Below are positions 35,117 to 45,751 of a stretch of 64,000 nucleotides of DNA, one piece after another (the first letter of the stretch is position 1; each line of letters opens with the position of its first letter). The translations under genes were made by a program, and so were the position numbers. The stretch covers positions 1,235 to 65,234 of the forward strand of contig SXJP01000036.1 in NCBI GenBank assembly GCA_005779395.1, given 5' to 3'. The stretch is from Actinomycetota bacterium (GTDB taxonomy: Bacteria > Actinomycetota > Acidimicrobiia > IMCC26256 > PALSA-610). The notes under the pieces are model-generated. The model was not told where the DNA came from. It ran no database searches and saw only the letters and a program-made list of their open reading frames with translations.

Positions 35117-35920
35117 ATGGTTTCGTTACATCCGGTTACAGATTTGCTGTCGCTACTCGATCTCGAGGTCGTGAAGCCAGACGCGTTCCTCGGCGCCTCG
35201 CCCCGATTGGGGTGGGGCCGCATTTACGGCGGTCAGGTTGTAGCACAGGCGCTAATGGCTGCTAGCCGTACTGTCGACTCAGGGCATCTCCCGCACTCGC
35301 TTCACGCGTACTTCGTGCGTGCGGGCGATGAGCGCGCTCCTGTGCTCTATGAAGTCGACCGTGTTCGTGACGGTAAGTCGTTCACGACGCGGCAAGTAGT
35401 CGCGTATCAAGAGGGAGGTGCGATACTCAACCTCATAGCGAGTTTTCACGGGTCAGAGGACGGTCCCGACGTGCAATCGGTGCTGATGCCAGATGTACCG
35501 GATCCAGAGACTGGAGAACTTTGGGGGAGCGATTTGTTCTTCGAACACAGAGTTCTTCGTCGTTGGGCCGAGCCTCAGGCTGGAGCGCAGAGTTGGCTTC
35601 GAGCGATACAGACCCTCGGTGACGATCCGGTCCTCAATGCGTGCGCATTCGCGTATCTGTCAGACGAAGATGCACTCGGCACTGCTCTAACGCCGCATCC
35701 GCTCTCGTTCAATTGGGAACAAATGATGGCAGCGAGCCTCGACCATGCGATTTGGTTCCACCGTCGGCTGCGTGCTGACGACTGGTTGCTGTTCGATCTA
35801 ACTGGATACGGCGTCTCTAATGCCCGCGGCCTCGCCACAGTGCAGGTGTACAACCGCGATGGCGCGCATGTCGCGTCGATTGCCCAAGAAGCCCTAGGCC
35901 GAGAATCAGTGGCGCGCTAA
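35117..35920 (+). CDS. tesB: Acyl-CoA thioesterase II
   Basis: ATG 35117. LLDLEVVKPDAFLG...RIYGGQVVAQAL...DGKSFTTRQV is the double hot-dog TesB pattern. Confidence 0.85.
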   Translation: MVSLHPVTDLLSLLDLEVVKPDAFLGASPRLGWGRIYGGQVVAQALMAASRTVDSGHLPHSLHAYFVRAGDERAPVLYEVDRVRDGKSFTTRQVVAYQEGGAILNLIASFHGSEDGPDVQSVLMPDVPDPETGELWGSDLFFEHRVLRRWAEPQAGAQSWLRAIQTLGDDPVLNACAFAYLSDEDALGTALTPHPLSFNWEQMMAASLDHAIWFHRRLRADDWLLFDLTGYGVSNARGLATVQVYNRDGAHVASIAQEALGRESVAR

Positions 35921-38238
35921 ACCGACGACGTACACGGCAACCCTACGCACACGTCTCCGAATATCCCGTTACCGCTAGCCCGCAAGAAATCGCTCACCTG
36001 CTGGGTTAGACGGGCTTCGAAGCGGCCCAAGCCATGTGGGTCCGTTCCGTAACTCGGCGAAGTTGGTGGCAGATTCCCAACCGGCGGCATCGGTGTCCCG
36101 AAGTCCCAGACGACGAGCACGCTGCCAGAGAATGGATTCTCCGGCAGCCCGGGGATATCCCACATCGGCGTCGTGTCCGTCGTGCGATCCTCAACGAACG
36201 CCGGTTGGTAGACGTGCGCACCGACTGTGCGGGCCATCGTCTCTGTAGCGATATTCGCGACCTGATGGTCACCGAATGCTTCTATGAGTAGCACCTCGTG
36301 AGGCTGCGTGCCCGGCAACGGATCATCTGTCATGTGTGCTGCGTAGCCGTTGCTCTCACCACGGTCCCAAAGCATCTGGATCAGCGTGTACAAGATCGTG
36401 TGATCGAGTTCGTCAGGGTAGGCAGCGAATATGACCGGCGAGAACGAGTGCCAGTGGACGCTTCGGGTCAACAGAGTCGAAAAGTTCATACCGGGAACTC
36501 CGAGTGCTGCTCTCGACCATTCGTTCGAGATCGCGGTGGCCGCTCCACCCATGATTCCACCCTGGCTATTCCCGTTGAAAAATACTTCGCCGCTCTCGAT
36601 GAATGGAACACCATCTCCTTGGAATGCTTCGTGACTTGAGAACCCGTCTGCCTCCTTCATGAGTCGAGCGAGGAACTGAAAGTTGATATGAGCTTGTTGC
36701 AGGCGGTCGGGCAATGTCGAGAACAGAGAGAGGTCGTTGAGTATCGCCGCTACGTTGGGAATGTCATTTGCCGACATGCCAATCCAGTCGGTCGCACACA
36801 TTACGAAGGAGTGCTGATCCATGAGTCCGCCGAAGCCGTTGACTTCGCTAGCACCACCTAGCAGGCCGTGACCATACGCGACTGCTCGACCTTTGGTGAC
36901 CGTGCCAGATCCATTCCAGATGGACTTCGGGATGTTGCAAATGAAGTTCGCTGCGAACGTTCCGTTGCGCTCTGGGAGCCCGTCGGCGCCATAGTTGGTC
37001 GATGTGCCTGGCTCGCCACGACCAGACAAGTAGAGCGGCACGGAGAAGGTTCCGGTGACACGCCGTTGGATCGAGCTACTCACGTTTTCCTGTACCGCCG
37101 CCACCTCAAATTCCGGTACGCCATACTTGATCTGTTCGTAAGCGTCGTCGCGCATTGTGAGGAGGCGTTCCGTGAGGTTCCTCTGCGAAGCGATCGTGAA
37201 GTCCCATGCAATAAACAAATCAGATCGAGCTACCCCAGCGGCACTGAGGTTGACGAAGATTTCGCGCATGGAGTTGCGGCGGTCCTCTATCGGCGGAATG
37301 TATGTCGGGATCTCTTCGCGGTAGACATAGAAGGCGCGACTAGCGGGAATCGGCTTGCCGTGCGTGTCGATTAGGTGCCGAATGGCCACGATGATTCGAT
37401 GGCCCTCGATGAAGTTGCGCGCTGGCCGAATAATTAGGGCGCGGGTTGCTTCAGTGGTCGCCCAACTGTCGAGTTCGACGAAGTGAGGCACACGCTCGCC
37501 AGTGTCGGCATCGAGCAGGACTACCGCGCTGTCGCCTGCGAGCGAAGCACCGATATCGGTGATAGGTGCCGCGCCGCTAGCGGCGAGGTCGATTTCGGGC
37601 ACATGGAGCACGATCGCGGATCCGGGGCTGAAGCCATCCTGACGATTCCATTCGCTGACGTCAATCGGTGTTCCGGTCGAATTACTTGGCAGCGACTCTG
37701 AGTCCAGATGTAAGAGACGGCCGGTGTCAGTAGTTGGATCTGCGATCGTAAAGTGGTCGCTAGGGAATGGCAAAGTGCAACGACTTTGGCCAAGGAACTC
37801 ACATCTATCTCCAGCCGAAACATCAATATCTGGCTCGCGCGAGAATGCCACTTGGGCTGAGACGCGCACGCCCTCGGCGTTCTTGGCCGAGGCGATGATC
37901 AACGCATAGCCGTTCCCGACCTCTGCTGGTGTGAGCACCGCATTTGCTTGGGCAGACTCGAAGTTAAACTTCGCGGTGATGTCGGTGCTCGTGCCGAGGT
38001 TGTCGTTGTTATATAGCCGGACTGAAAAACTCTCGAGGTCGATGTCGCCGAATCCGACCGCAACGGGCAAGTCAGCATCCACAGCGACTTGCGTGTGGTT
38101 CGTAGGGCCGATGATTCGGATGTCCGAACCGACGTTTCCGGGGTTGGCAAGTTCACTGGTGATTAGTTGGCAACCAGAAGCAGACGCGAAGGCGACGACT
38201 GCTAGTGCTACGCGACGGACGTTTCTAAAAGTTGTCAC
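35917..38238 (-). CDS. Large lipoprotein with alpha/beta-hydrolase-like C-terminal domain (putative secreted lipase/esterase)
   Basis: 773 aa. Lipobox ASASGC, a beta-rich N-terminal half, nucleophile-elbow-like GNSQGG and a later GDHQV. Confidence 0.6.
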   Translation of the reverse strand: MTTFRNVRRVALAVVAFASASGCQLITSELANPGNVGSDIRIIGPTNHTQVAVDADLPVAVGFGDIDLESFSVRLYNNDNLGTSTDITAKFNFESAQANAVLTPAEVGNGYALIIASAKNAEGVRVSAQVAFSREPDIDVSAGDRCEFLGQSRCTLPFPSDHFTIADPTTDTGRLLHLDSESLPSNSTGTPIDVSEWNRQDGFSPGSAIVLHVPEIDLAASGAAPITDIGASLAGDSAVVLLDADTGERVPHFVELDSWATTEATRALIIRPARNFIEGHRIIVAIRHLIDTHGKPIPASRAFYVYREEIPTYIPPIEDRRNSMREIFVNLSAAGVARSDLFIAWDFTIASQRNLTERLLTMRDDAYEQIKYGVPEFEVAAVQENVSSSIQRRVTGTFSVPLYLSGRGEPGTSTNYGADGLPERNGTFAANFICNIPKSIWNGSGTVTKGRAVAYGHGLLGGASEVNGFGGLMDQHSFVMCATDWIGMSANDIPNVAAILNDLSLFSTLPDRLQQAHINFQFLARLMKEADGFSSHEAFQGDGVPFIESGEVFFNGNSQGGIMGGAATAISNEWSRAALGVPGMNFSTLLTRSVHWHSFSPVIFAAYPDELDHTILYTLIQMLWDRGESNGYAAHMTDDPLPGTQPHEVLLIEAFGDHQVANIATETMARTVGAHVYQPAFVEDRTTDTTPMWDIPGLPENPFSGSVLVVWDFGTPMPPVGNLPPTSPSYGTDPHGLGRFEARLTQQVSDFLRASGNGIFGDVCVGLPCTSSV

Positions 38239-38383
38239 CGAATGGCTCCTGCCGTGGGATGTGTAGACCCGACATCGTTTCAGACTTGCTGGCTAGAGGC
38301 AAGTCGACCGTGCGGCTCTGCCTGTAGGGTGCGACTCCGACCGAGCTTTCAGCAACGCGATTGTTGCAACAGAGGAGGATGTC

Positions 38384-38575
38384 ATGCGAGTAGTTGTCGA
38401 TTTCGATCGCTGTGAGAGCAACGCTGTGTGTATGGGGATCGCACCCGAGGTCTTCGAGGTCAGAGACGATGACTACCTATACATACTGATCGAAGAACCC
38501 GGTGAAGAACTACGCCCGAAGATCGAAGAAGCCGTTCGGTTGTGCCCCAAGCAAGCAATCTCGATAGGCGAGTAA
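38384..38575 (+). CDS. Ferredoxin, small 3Fe-4S type
   Basis: 63 aa. CESNAVC ... CP cysteine pattern. RBS AGAGGAGGA upstream. Confidence 0.8.
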   Translation: MRVVVDFDRCESNAVCMGIAPEVFEVRDDDYLYILIEEPGEELRPKIEEAVRLCPKQAISIGE

Positions 38576-38581
38576 CGAGCC

Positions 38582-39493
38582 ATGGCGAGTGAAGCCTTCG
38601 ACGCAATACTCGCCATAGTGCGCTCGACGGACCTGCTCGGCGGGAACGCCGCCACTCCAGATGAGCTACGCCGTTCGATGCTCTCGAGCGTAGGTGGGAT
38701 GAGGCTCCCCGACGACGTGACAATTGAGCCAGTAGATGCCGGTGGCGTGCCAGGGGAATGGACGCGGATTCCAGGCATAGCTACAGATGCAGTTTTGCTC
38801 TATCTGCATGGCGGTGGATATGTGATCGGTTCTCCGGTCACCCACCGCAATCTGTGTGCAACTATCGCGAGCGGAGCTGGCATACCCGTACTGTCACTTG
38901 ACTACAGATTGGCGCCAGAGCACCCGCATCCAGCGGCCGTCACTGACGCGACTGCAGCCTATTCGTGGTTGCTCGAACAAGGTTTCTTGCCTTCCAGGAT
39001 TGCCATTGCTGGAGACAGCGCTGGGGGTGGCCTCACCATCGCTACTTTGGTGAAATTGCGCGACGATGGCGTCGCACAACCAGCTGCCGCAGTAGCTATC
39101 TCGCCGTGGGTCGACATAGCTATGACCGGCGAGTCGATGGTCGAGTTCGCTGATCTAGACCCAATCGTCGAACCTGTAGGCCTAGGGCGAATGGCAGATT
39201 GGTTCATCGACGGCGGCGACAAGACCGACCCACTCGCATCGCCGATTTACGCCGATCTGCATGGTCTCGCTCCGGTCCTCATTCACGTCGGTGCAGTAGA
39301 GACGCTCCTAGACGACAGCAGAAGACTCCACAAGGCGATCGCTGCCGCTGGTGGTCGTTCAGAGCTAGTCGAGTTTCCAGAAATGGTGCACGTGTTCCAC
39401 GCATTCTGCAATCTCATTCCAGAAGCCGATGCTGCCGTCGCACTAGTTGCCGAGTTCATCCGCGAACATCTAGTCATTGAAACAACCGCATAA
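38582..39493 (+). CDS. Alpha/beta hydrolase, hormone-sensitive-lipase-like esterase
   Basis: 303 aa. HGGGY oxyanion motif and GDSAGG nucleophile elbow. Confidence 0.85.
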   Translation: MASEAFDAILAIVRSTDLLGGNAATPDELRRSMLSSVGGMRLPDDVTIEPVDAGGVPGEWTRIPGIATDAVLLYLHGGGYVIGSPVTHRNLCATIASGAGIPVLSLDYRLAPEHPHPAAVTDATAAYSWLLEQGFLPSRIAIAGDSAGGGLTIATLVKLRDDGVAQPAAAVAISPWVDIAMTGESMVEFADLDPIVEPVGLGRMADWFIDGGDKTDPLASPIYADLHGLAPVLIHVGAVETLLDDSRRLHKAIAAAGGRSELVEFPEMVHVFHAFCNLIPEADAAVALVAEFIREHLVIETTA

Positions 39494-39518
39494 CAACGAC
39501 ACGGGAGCAGTGCACGGC

Positions 39519-40301
39519 ATGCATTCGATCGACGGCTTTGGAATCCTTGTGACAGGTGGCGGCACTGGCATCGGCCTTGGCGCCGCGAAGTTGCTAGCGA
39601 GTCAAGGCGCTGTAGTGACTATCTGCGGACGTACCGAAGATCGCCTCAAAGCCGCCGTCACCGAAATTGGAAATGGCGCGACCTACGTCGTTGCTGACAT
39701 AACGGTGGAGGCAGAGATCGCGGCTGCGGTCAATACGGCTACGTCTGTGGCTGGTCGCCTCGATGCCATATTCGCGAATGCTGGCGGTTCGTTGCACATG
39801 GGCGCACTCGCGAACGCGCAAGCCGATGCGTTTCGTGCCACTATCGACCTCAATCTGACAGGGACGTTCTTAACTATCAAACATGGTGCTCAGCTGATGG
39901 CTTCGCAGGCGCCGAGTGGTGGGTCGATCGTCACAATGTCGAGTGGGGCTGGGGCATTCCCTCACCGCTTCCTTCCTGCCTATGGTGCGGCGAAAGCTGG
40001 CATCGACATGCTAACGAAATATGCGGCCGAAGAGTGGGGAGCGTCTGGGATCCGCGTGAATAGCGTGCGCCCCGGGATCGTCGCCGATGAACTGATGGCG
40101 CCGATAACAGCTGGTGGCAAACTCATGGACGACTATTTGGAGCAGATGCCACTGTCACGCGCCGGGACTGTTGAGGACATTGCCGAGGCCGTTCGGTTCC
40201 TGGTCGGGCCGGAGTCACACTGGATTACAGGCGTAAACCTGAGCGTAGACGGAGGCCATCACCTGAGGCGCGGCGCTAACTACGAACTTATGTTCAGCTG
40301 A
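39519..40301 (+). CDS. Short-chain dehydrogenase/reductase (SDR)
   Basis: ATG 39519 after GGGAG. ILVTGGGTGIGLG and YGAAKAG are present. The track start TTG 39477 is less likely. Confidence 0.8.
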   Translation: MHSIDGFGILVTGGGTGIGLGAAKLLASQGAVVTICGRTEDRLKAAVTEIGNGATYVVADITVEAEIAAAVNTATSVAGRLDAIFANAGGSLHMGALANAQADAFRATIDLNLTGTFLTIKHGAQLMASQAPSGGSIVTMSSGAGAFPHRFLPAYGAAKAGIDMLTKYAAEEWGASGIRVNSVRPGIVADELMAPITAGGKLMDDYLEQMPLSRAGTVEDIAEAVRFLVGPESHWITGVNLSVDGGHHLRRGANYELMFS

Positions 40302-40352
40302 AACGCCTAGGACGTATCTAGGATCAGCGATACAAATCGTGAGAGGAATCCT

Positions 40353-41594
40353 GTGTCTTTAGTCGCGGAGCAAGAAGAGTCAGACGAACTCAAGGAGTTT
40401 CGGGCAAGCGCTCGGGCATTCCTTGCAAGTCACTTCAAGGCAGTCCCAACGGTCGGAATTTCTGGCACAACCCTTGGCGATACCGATACTTCTAAAGAAG
40501 CCGAAGACCGACATGTCGAGGAGAGTCGAGCGCATCAGAAGATCTTGGCGGACAATGGTTGGGCTGGGATTACATGGCCGACCGAATATGGCGGCCGCGG
40601 ACTGACTACAAAACACCAACGAGTTTGGGCACAAGAACAATCCAAGTTCTTGGTCACAACGGGGTTTTTTAGCGTTGCAATTCAGATGGTCGGCCCGACG
40701 ATCATGGCGCACGGAACCCCCGAGCAAAAGGAATACTTCCTGCCCCGAATCCTCTGTGGCGAGCACATCTGGTGCCAACTATTTTCTGAACCGGGAGCGG
40801 GTTCAGATTTGGCAGGGCTAACAACACGCGCCGAGCTCGATGGCGAGGAATACATCATCAATGGTCAGAAGGTGTGGAACTCTGGTGCGCACTTCGCTGA
40901 CTTTGGCATCCTGCTTGCGCGAACCGACTTTGACGTACCTAAACACAAGGGGATCAGTTACTTCCTCGCAGACATGCACGCCCCTGGAATCGAAGTTCGA
41001 CCTCTCATGCAGATCACTGGATTCTCGCATTTCAACGAGACCTTTATGACCGACGTGCGTATCCCTGCAGCGCACCTCTTGGGTGGCCTAAACAACGGTT
41101 GGGCTGTCGCCCACACGACTCTTTCATTCGAACGCTCAATGATCGGCGGTGGCGGAACCGGTCTCGGCTTTAAAGCACTGCTGGCGCTTGCACGCGAATT
41201 CAACGTCACGAACGATGCCTGCACGCGTCAAGAACTCGCGAAGTGCTACACGCGTTTCGAACTACTGCGAATGCTTGGGCTGCGTGCCCGAGCTAACGCA
41301 AAGAAGGGAATCGCTGGAGCAGAGTCGTCGGTTATGAAGCTTGCTGTTAGCAACCGCGTTCAGGCAGACGGTGATTTCGTGCTCGCCATGCAGGGCCCGA
41401 GAGCAATGTTGCACTACGACGACGCCCAAGATGGCGGAATGTGGCAAAACCTGTTCTTGAACCAGTGGTCGATTCGGATCGGCGGAGGCACAGAGCAGGT
41501 GCAACGCAACATCATTAGTGAGCGAGTCCTCGGTCTTCCGAGCGATATCCGCACAGACAAAACTGCGCCGTTCCGAGACTTGCCTAAGAACTAG
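40353..41594 (+). CDS. Acyl-CoA dehydrogenase (FadE-type)
   Basis: 413 aa. ACAD N, middle and C-terminal pattern. The C-terminal IGGGTEQVQRNII replaces the canonical YEGT motif. Confidence 0.85.
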   Translation: MSLVAEQEESDELKEFRASARAFLASHFKAVPTVGISGTTLGDTDTSKEAEDRHVEESRAHQKILADNGWAGITWPTEYGGRGLTTKHQRVWAQEQSKFLVTTGFFSVAIQMVGPTIMAHGTPEQKEYFLPRILCGEHIWCQLFSEPGAGSDLAGLTTRAELDGEEYIINGQKVWNSGAHFADFGILLARTDFDVPKHKGISYFLADMHAPGIEVRPLMQITGFSHFNETFMTDVRIPAAHLLGGLNNGWAVAHTTLSFERSMIGGGGTGLGFKALLALAREFNVTNDACTRQELAKCYTRFELLRMLGLRARANAKKGIAGAESSVMKLAVSNRVQADGDFVLAMQGPRAMLHYDDAQDGGMWQNLFLNQWSIRIGGGTEQVQRNIISERVLGLPSDIRTDKTAPFRDLPKN

Positions 41595-41941
41595 CTGTTA
41601 CGCGATTTTTCGAAGATGCTGCGCGCTAACCAGTAGCGCAAGAATTGACCGAACGAATACCGCAAAAACAAGGTCGCGCCGACTATCGCGAGCGTGACTC
41701 CCAACAACGATTGCGTGATCGCGTCGCGTTGTGCTGCTATGCCGGAGGGGTTCTCGGCTCCGTTCTTGACAACCTCGGCGCCGAGACTGGCCGTTACTCC
41801 GTAGATGCCTAGCGCGACACCAGCAACCATGAGTAGGCACCCAACGATGCGCATCGCGTTCTCGCGCGCCACGCTCGCTTCTCTCACGCGCATTGCTGCG
41901 ACGTCTGACTTGAATTTCTCAATCGAACTCTCGTCGGTCAT
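41591..41941 (-). CDS. Small two-TM membrane protein
   Basis: Start chosen at MTDESSIEKF (ATG 41941), 19 nt after the livF-like stop. Two hydrophobic helices. No family recognised. Confidence 0.45.
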   Translation of the reverse strand: MTDESSIEKFKSDVAAMRVREASVARENAMRIVGCLLMVAGVALGIYGVTASLGAEVVKNGAENPSGIAAQRDAITQSLLGVTLAIVGATLFLRYSFGQFLRYWLARSIFEKSRNS

Positions 41942-41960
41942 TTTCGCTCCGTGTAATTGA

Positions 41961-42668
41961 TCAACTTGCACCCATATACGCATCGGATAGTTCCATTGCG
42001 ATATCGGAAGGCGCTCCAACACTAGTGATCTTGCCGTGCACCATGATCGCAGCGGTATCTGCTACACCCAAGACAGTTTGAGCGAACTGTTCGACCACCA
42101 AGATCGACACGCCTTCGCTAGCAACTTGCGCGACGATCTCGTAGAGCTCTTCGACAATGATTGGGGCAAGTCCCATGGATAGTTCATCGAGAAGCAGTAT
42201 GCGCGGGTTCGTGGCCAAGCCTCGCGACATGGCGAGCATCTGCTGTTCGCCACCACTCATCGTGCCTGCGAGTTGGTTACGACGCTGACTTAGTCGTTCG
42301 AAGCGACTGTACGCGACCTCTTCGACATCGTGTAGTGACGTACCTGTGTGAGTGGCCATCCAGAGGTTCTCGCGAACGGTGAGATTCGGGAATATTCCTT
42401 TGCCCTCAGGGATCAGGCATACACCGGCACGCGCCAAGTCTTCTGGCCTCGCGCCGTTTACGCGGCGATCGCAAAGTATGTAGTCACCGCCTGTTGGAGC
42501 GACGAGCCCGGCACAGACTTTGAGCGTTGTGCTCTTGCCAGCGCCGTTCGGGCCTAGCAACGCGAGCACTTTGCCTGAAAAAACTTCGAGATCGACTCCG
42601 TGTATGACTTCGATTCGGCCGTACGCAGCGCGAACAGACTGCAGGGAGAGTATTGGCGAGTCGGTCAT
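41961..42668 (-). CDS. livF: Branched-chain amino acid-type ABC transporter ATP-binding protein (LivF-like)
   Basis: 235 aa. GPNGAGKSTT, MSGGEQQM, LLLDELS. Confidence 0.9.
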   Translation of the reverse strand: MTDSPILSLQSVRAAYGRIEVIHGVDLEVFSGKVLALLGPNGAGKSTTLKVCAGLVAPTGGDYILCDRRVNGARPEDLARAGVCLIPEGKGIFPNLTVRENLWMATHTGTSLHDVEEVAYSRFERLSQRRNQLAGTMSGGEQQMLAMSRGLATNPRILLLDELSMGLAPIIVEELYEIVAQVASEGVSILVVEQFAQTVLGVADTAAIMVHGKITSVGAPSDIAMELSDAYMGAS

Positions 42669-43396
42669 GCGCTCTGGTCCAGACTCGAACCGAGGTAGGC
42701 CGAAAGTACCGCCGGGTTGGTTCTGATCTCTTGCGGGGTTCCGTCGGCGATTATGGAGCCGAAGTCGAGCACAAAAATGTGGTCACTTACATGCATCACA
42801 AGTTCGACATCGTGCTCGACGAGTAGCACTCCGAGGCCTTCGGCGGTGAGGTCGCGCAGGAGAATGCCTAGCTCGTGGGTCTCTGTATCGTCAAGCCCTG
42901 ACGCTGGTTCGTCGAGCAGAATAAGTCGTGGCCTTGTCGCAAGTGCGCGCGCGATCTCGACTAGCCGTGCCTGGCCGGTCGAAAGTTCGTCGACACGTTG
43001 GTCGATCTTGGCTGCAAGACCAACACGCTCGACTATCGCTTCGACATCTCTCGCAGTACTCGATGCGCCTTTCTGCGCTCGTAGTTCGGCTGCAACTTGC
43101 ACATTCTCGCGAACGGTTAGCACGCTCCAGAGTTCGAGACGTTGAAATGTGCGTGCAAGGCCAAGCCGTGCTCGCTTGTACGGCTTGAGTTTCGTGAGTT
43201 CTTTGCCATCTAGGTGGATTGTTCCGCCCGTCGGGACGAGCAGACCACATGTCACGTTGAAGAGGGTTGTCTTGCCGGCACCGTTCGGTCCGATGAGTGC
43301 TGTTACCTCGCCAGCATTGCAAGAGAGGTCAACGTTGTCGAGTGCTACATGGCCCCCGAAACGCATTGTGACGGAGTGGACTTCGAGCAGGCTCAC
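42665..43396 (-). CDS. livG: Branched-chain amino acid-type ABC transporter ATP-binding protein (LivG-like)
   Basis: 243 aa. GPNGAGKTT, LSTGQARL, ILLDEPASG. 4-bp overlaps on both sides. Confidence 0.9.
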   Translation of the reverse strand: MSLLEVHSVTMRFGGHVALDNVDLSCNAGEVTALIGPNGAGKTTLFNVTCGLLVPTGGTIHLDGKELTKLKPYKRARLGLARTFQRLELWSVLTVRENVQVAAELRAQKGASSTARDVEAIVERVGLAAKIDQRVDELSTGQARLVEIARALATRPRLILLDEPASGLDDTETHELGILLRDLTAEGLGVLLVEHDVELVMHVSDHIFVLDFGSIIADGTPQEIRTNPAVLSAYLGSSLDQSA

Positions 43397-45660
43397 CGCA
43401 GTACCGCCGGAGCGAGACCGAGTTTGTCGTCGAGGAGCGCAATGTCAGTTGTAGTGACTTCGCGATCGATTCCGATCCACTCGAGACGAGTACCACCGAA
43501 CTCTTCGATCGAAGGGTTCGGCTTCGGAGTCAGCGAACCCCTCGACAGGCCCACTTGAAGGCCGATTTGGGCACATAATCCGAGAGCTAGAACCGTGCCG
43601 ATGACCAACACCCAGCCGTTCATAGAGTCGAAGGTGAGCGTGGCTACATATAACGCGGTTTCGATAATCGCGAACAACCAAAGTGCGCGTTTGGAGTGCA
43701 TGATTGGTTCGAAGCCCTCACGCATGTCGGCAACCGCACCGTTCGGATTGCGACCAAGACCGATACCCATGAATCCAGGCGAAGCTGCACCGAAACTACG
43801 AAACCAACCCGACGGCCCACCCATGCCCATGAACCGGGTGTTCAGCAACGGCCAAAGCGACATCGAGTTCAAGACCTGAAACGACACACCAGCAAACAAG
43901 CTGCCACCGATTCTGCCCATCCCTCCAGCTACACCAAGCATGAAGATCGGAAGCCCTGCTTGAAACTGCCAGTTGTCTGGGGAGGTTGACTGACGAATTC
44001 CAGCGATGAGCCCGCCACCGAGACCAGCCATGCCGGCAGAGATTGCGAACACTGCAACCTTCGTTGACACAAGATTCATTCCGACAGTTGCGCACGCAGC
44101 CTCACTGTCTTTCATCGCAAGTAGTCGCCGCCCAAACGGGCCGCGTCGAATCCATACGACTAGTAACGCCAGCACAGCGAAGGTGACAGCGAGGAGCAGT
44201 AGTTGGCGGTCAGCGTCGGACACTTCGAGACCTAGGATTTTCCCGGTGGCGTCTGTATCGAAGCCAAATATTTTCAGGCGACTCACTGCTAGAGAGCCGA
44301 TTGGGAACAAAGAGATCGTGACGTTCGTGAATGGGAGATCGAAGTCTCTGAGACCCCATACCCACTTATCCATGAATACAGCGAATGCTGCTGTTGCGAG
44401 CGCGAGATGGATACCTGATAGTCGCAGAGCAGGAAGTGCGATCAGCGCTCCGACCACTGCGCTGAATATGAATGCCCACACCAAGCCCATGGGTGATCCG
44501 CCACGACCAAGGTTGGCCATCGTCACGCCACCGATGCCAGCGAGGCTCAATTGGCACAACGAGACTTGTCCAGCGAGCCCCACGAGCGGGACCAACGACA
44601 GCGCCAGGATCGCTGTACCCAACAACAGAGCGAACGTGAGAGTGTCGGAGCGATCTAGAAGTGGCATCGCGAGGATTGAGCCACCGATGACGACAGCAGC
44701 GAAGGTGAGGGCGCCATTCCAGGATGGCACTGGATATGTCTCTCGAGTGCGCGTCGTGCCGTGGCCGCGGAGACGTCCAGCTGGTAGCAACAACAGCACC
44801 GCAAATAAGACGATCACAGGGATTGCGTCGACGATTGGTTTCCCGAAGTACACAACCCAGTGAGCGTCGCTGACTTGCGGCGTGTAACCACGCCAATATT
44901 CGCTGCCTAGACCGATAAGCAACGCGCCGACGAACGTCATCGGCAGGCTTCGTAGGCGCCCGATCATCGCTGCTGCGTACGCGTTCACGATCAGAATTGA
45001 GATGCTTGCTGCGTCGAGAGCGATCGGGCCGACGTACAAGACGCCAGACAGCATCGCTAACGAACAGCCGATAGCCCACGCCAACATTGCGGAGCGGTCG
45101 GGGCGAGCGCCGTTGAGCGCAGCTAGCGGCCGGTCATCGACAGCGGCACGCATCGCGACCCCAGCGCGAGTGTTGTAGAGAACTAGGCGCAGAACTACTG
45201 CGACGATTAACGCTGCACCGATGCTGATGAGTTCTGCTGGCTGGATCTTTACGCCGCCGATGTCGAAGCTCGAGCCAGGGAAAAACTTGTGAGATGGCCG
45301 ACTGAGTGTCGGATCCCAAATCCAGTTGGCTACTCCGATCAAAGCAAACAACAGCGAGACGGTCACCACGAGGCGCACGGCGTCGGGCGTCCCCTGTAAC
45401 GATCTGAATATGACCTTCTCTAGAAGACACCCGAACAGTGGCGCGATGACGAACAAGACGAGTACGAATGCGAGCGGCGCCGGTACGTTCCATCCGAATC
45501 GCAGTTGCCAATAGCTGAAGGCGCCAAGCATGCCGATTGCGCCGTGCGCGAAGTTGAATACCCCTGTTGTGGTGTAGGTGAGAACGAGTCCGCTCGCTCC
45601 GATCGCGAGAATGGATGCGATAGCCAGCCCTGTGATCGTGAAGCCGAAGAACTCACTCAT
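43393..45660 (-). CDS. Fused LivH/LivM-type ABC permease
   Basis: 755 aa, highly hydrophobic. The N-terminal ~290 aa are LivH-like (GLVLTYTTTGVFNFAHG) and the remainder is LivM-like. Confidence 0.85.
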   Translation of the reverse strand: MSEFFGFTITGLAIASILAIGASGLVLTYTTTGVFNFAHGAIGMLGAFSYWQLRFGWNVPAPLAFVLVLFVIAPLFGCLLEKVIFRSLQGTPDAVRLVVTVSLLFALIGVANWIWDPTLSRPSHKFFPGSSFDIGGVKIQPAELISIGAALIVAVVLRLVLYNTRAGVAMRAAVDDRPLAALNGARPDRSAMLAWAIGCSLAMLSGVLYVGPIALDAASISILIVNAYAAAMIGRLRSLPMTFVGALLIGLGSEYWRGYTPQVSDAHWVVYFGKPIVDAIPVIVLFAVLLLLPAGRLRGHGTTRTRETYPVPSWNGALTFAAVVIGGSILAMPLLDRSDTLTFALLLGTAILALSLVPLVGLAGQVSLCQLSLAGIGGVTMANLGRGGSPMGLVWAFIFSAVVGALIALPALRLSGIHLALATAAFAVFMDKWVWGLRDFDLPFTNVTISLFPIGSLAVSRLKIFGFDTDATGKILGLEVSDADRQLLLLAVTFAVLALLVVWIRRGPFGRRLLAMKDSEAACATVGMNLVSTKVAVFAISAGMAGLGGGLIAGIRQSTSPDNWQFQAGLPIFMLGVAGGMGRIGGSLFAGVSFQVLNSMSLWPLLNTRFMGMGGPSGWFRSFGAASPGFMGIGLGRNPNGAVADMREGFEPIMHSKRALWLFAIIETALYVATLTFDSMNGWVLVIGTVLALGLCAQIGLQVGLSRGSLTPKPNPSIEEFGGTRLEWIGIDREVTTTDIALLDDKLGLAPAVLR

Positions 45661-45695
45661 CTGTCAGAAATCCCTAGGTCTGCTGTAAGTGTTTA

Positions 45696-45718
45696 GGGCC
45701 CGGCAGTGTGCCGGGCCC
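45696..45718 (-). terminator. GC-rich intercistronic hairpin GGGCCCGGC-AGTGT-GCCGGGCCC (attenuator / mRNA-stabilising type)
   Basis: 9-bp perfect stem between the substrate-binding-protein gene stop (45752) and the permease start (45660). No U-tract follows. Confidence 0.45.
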
Positions 45719-45751
45719 CAAAGAGTCATTGACAATAGATCGGTGAAAGAT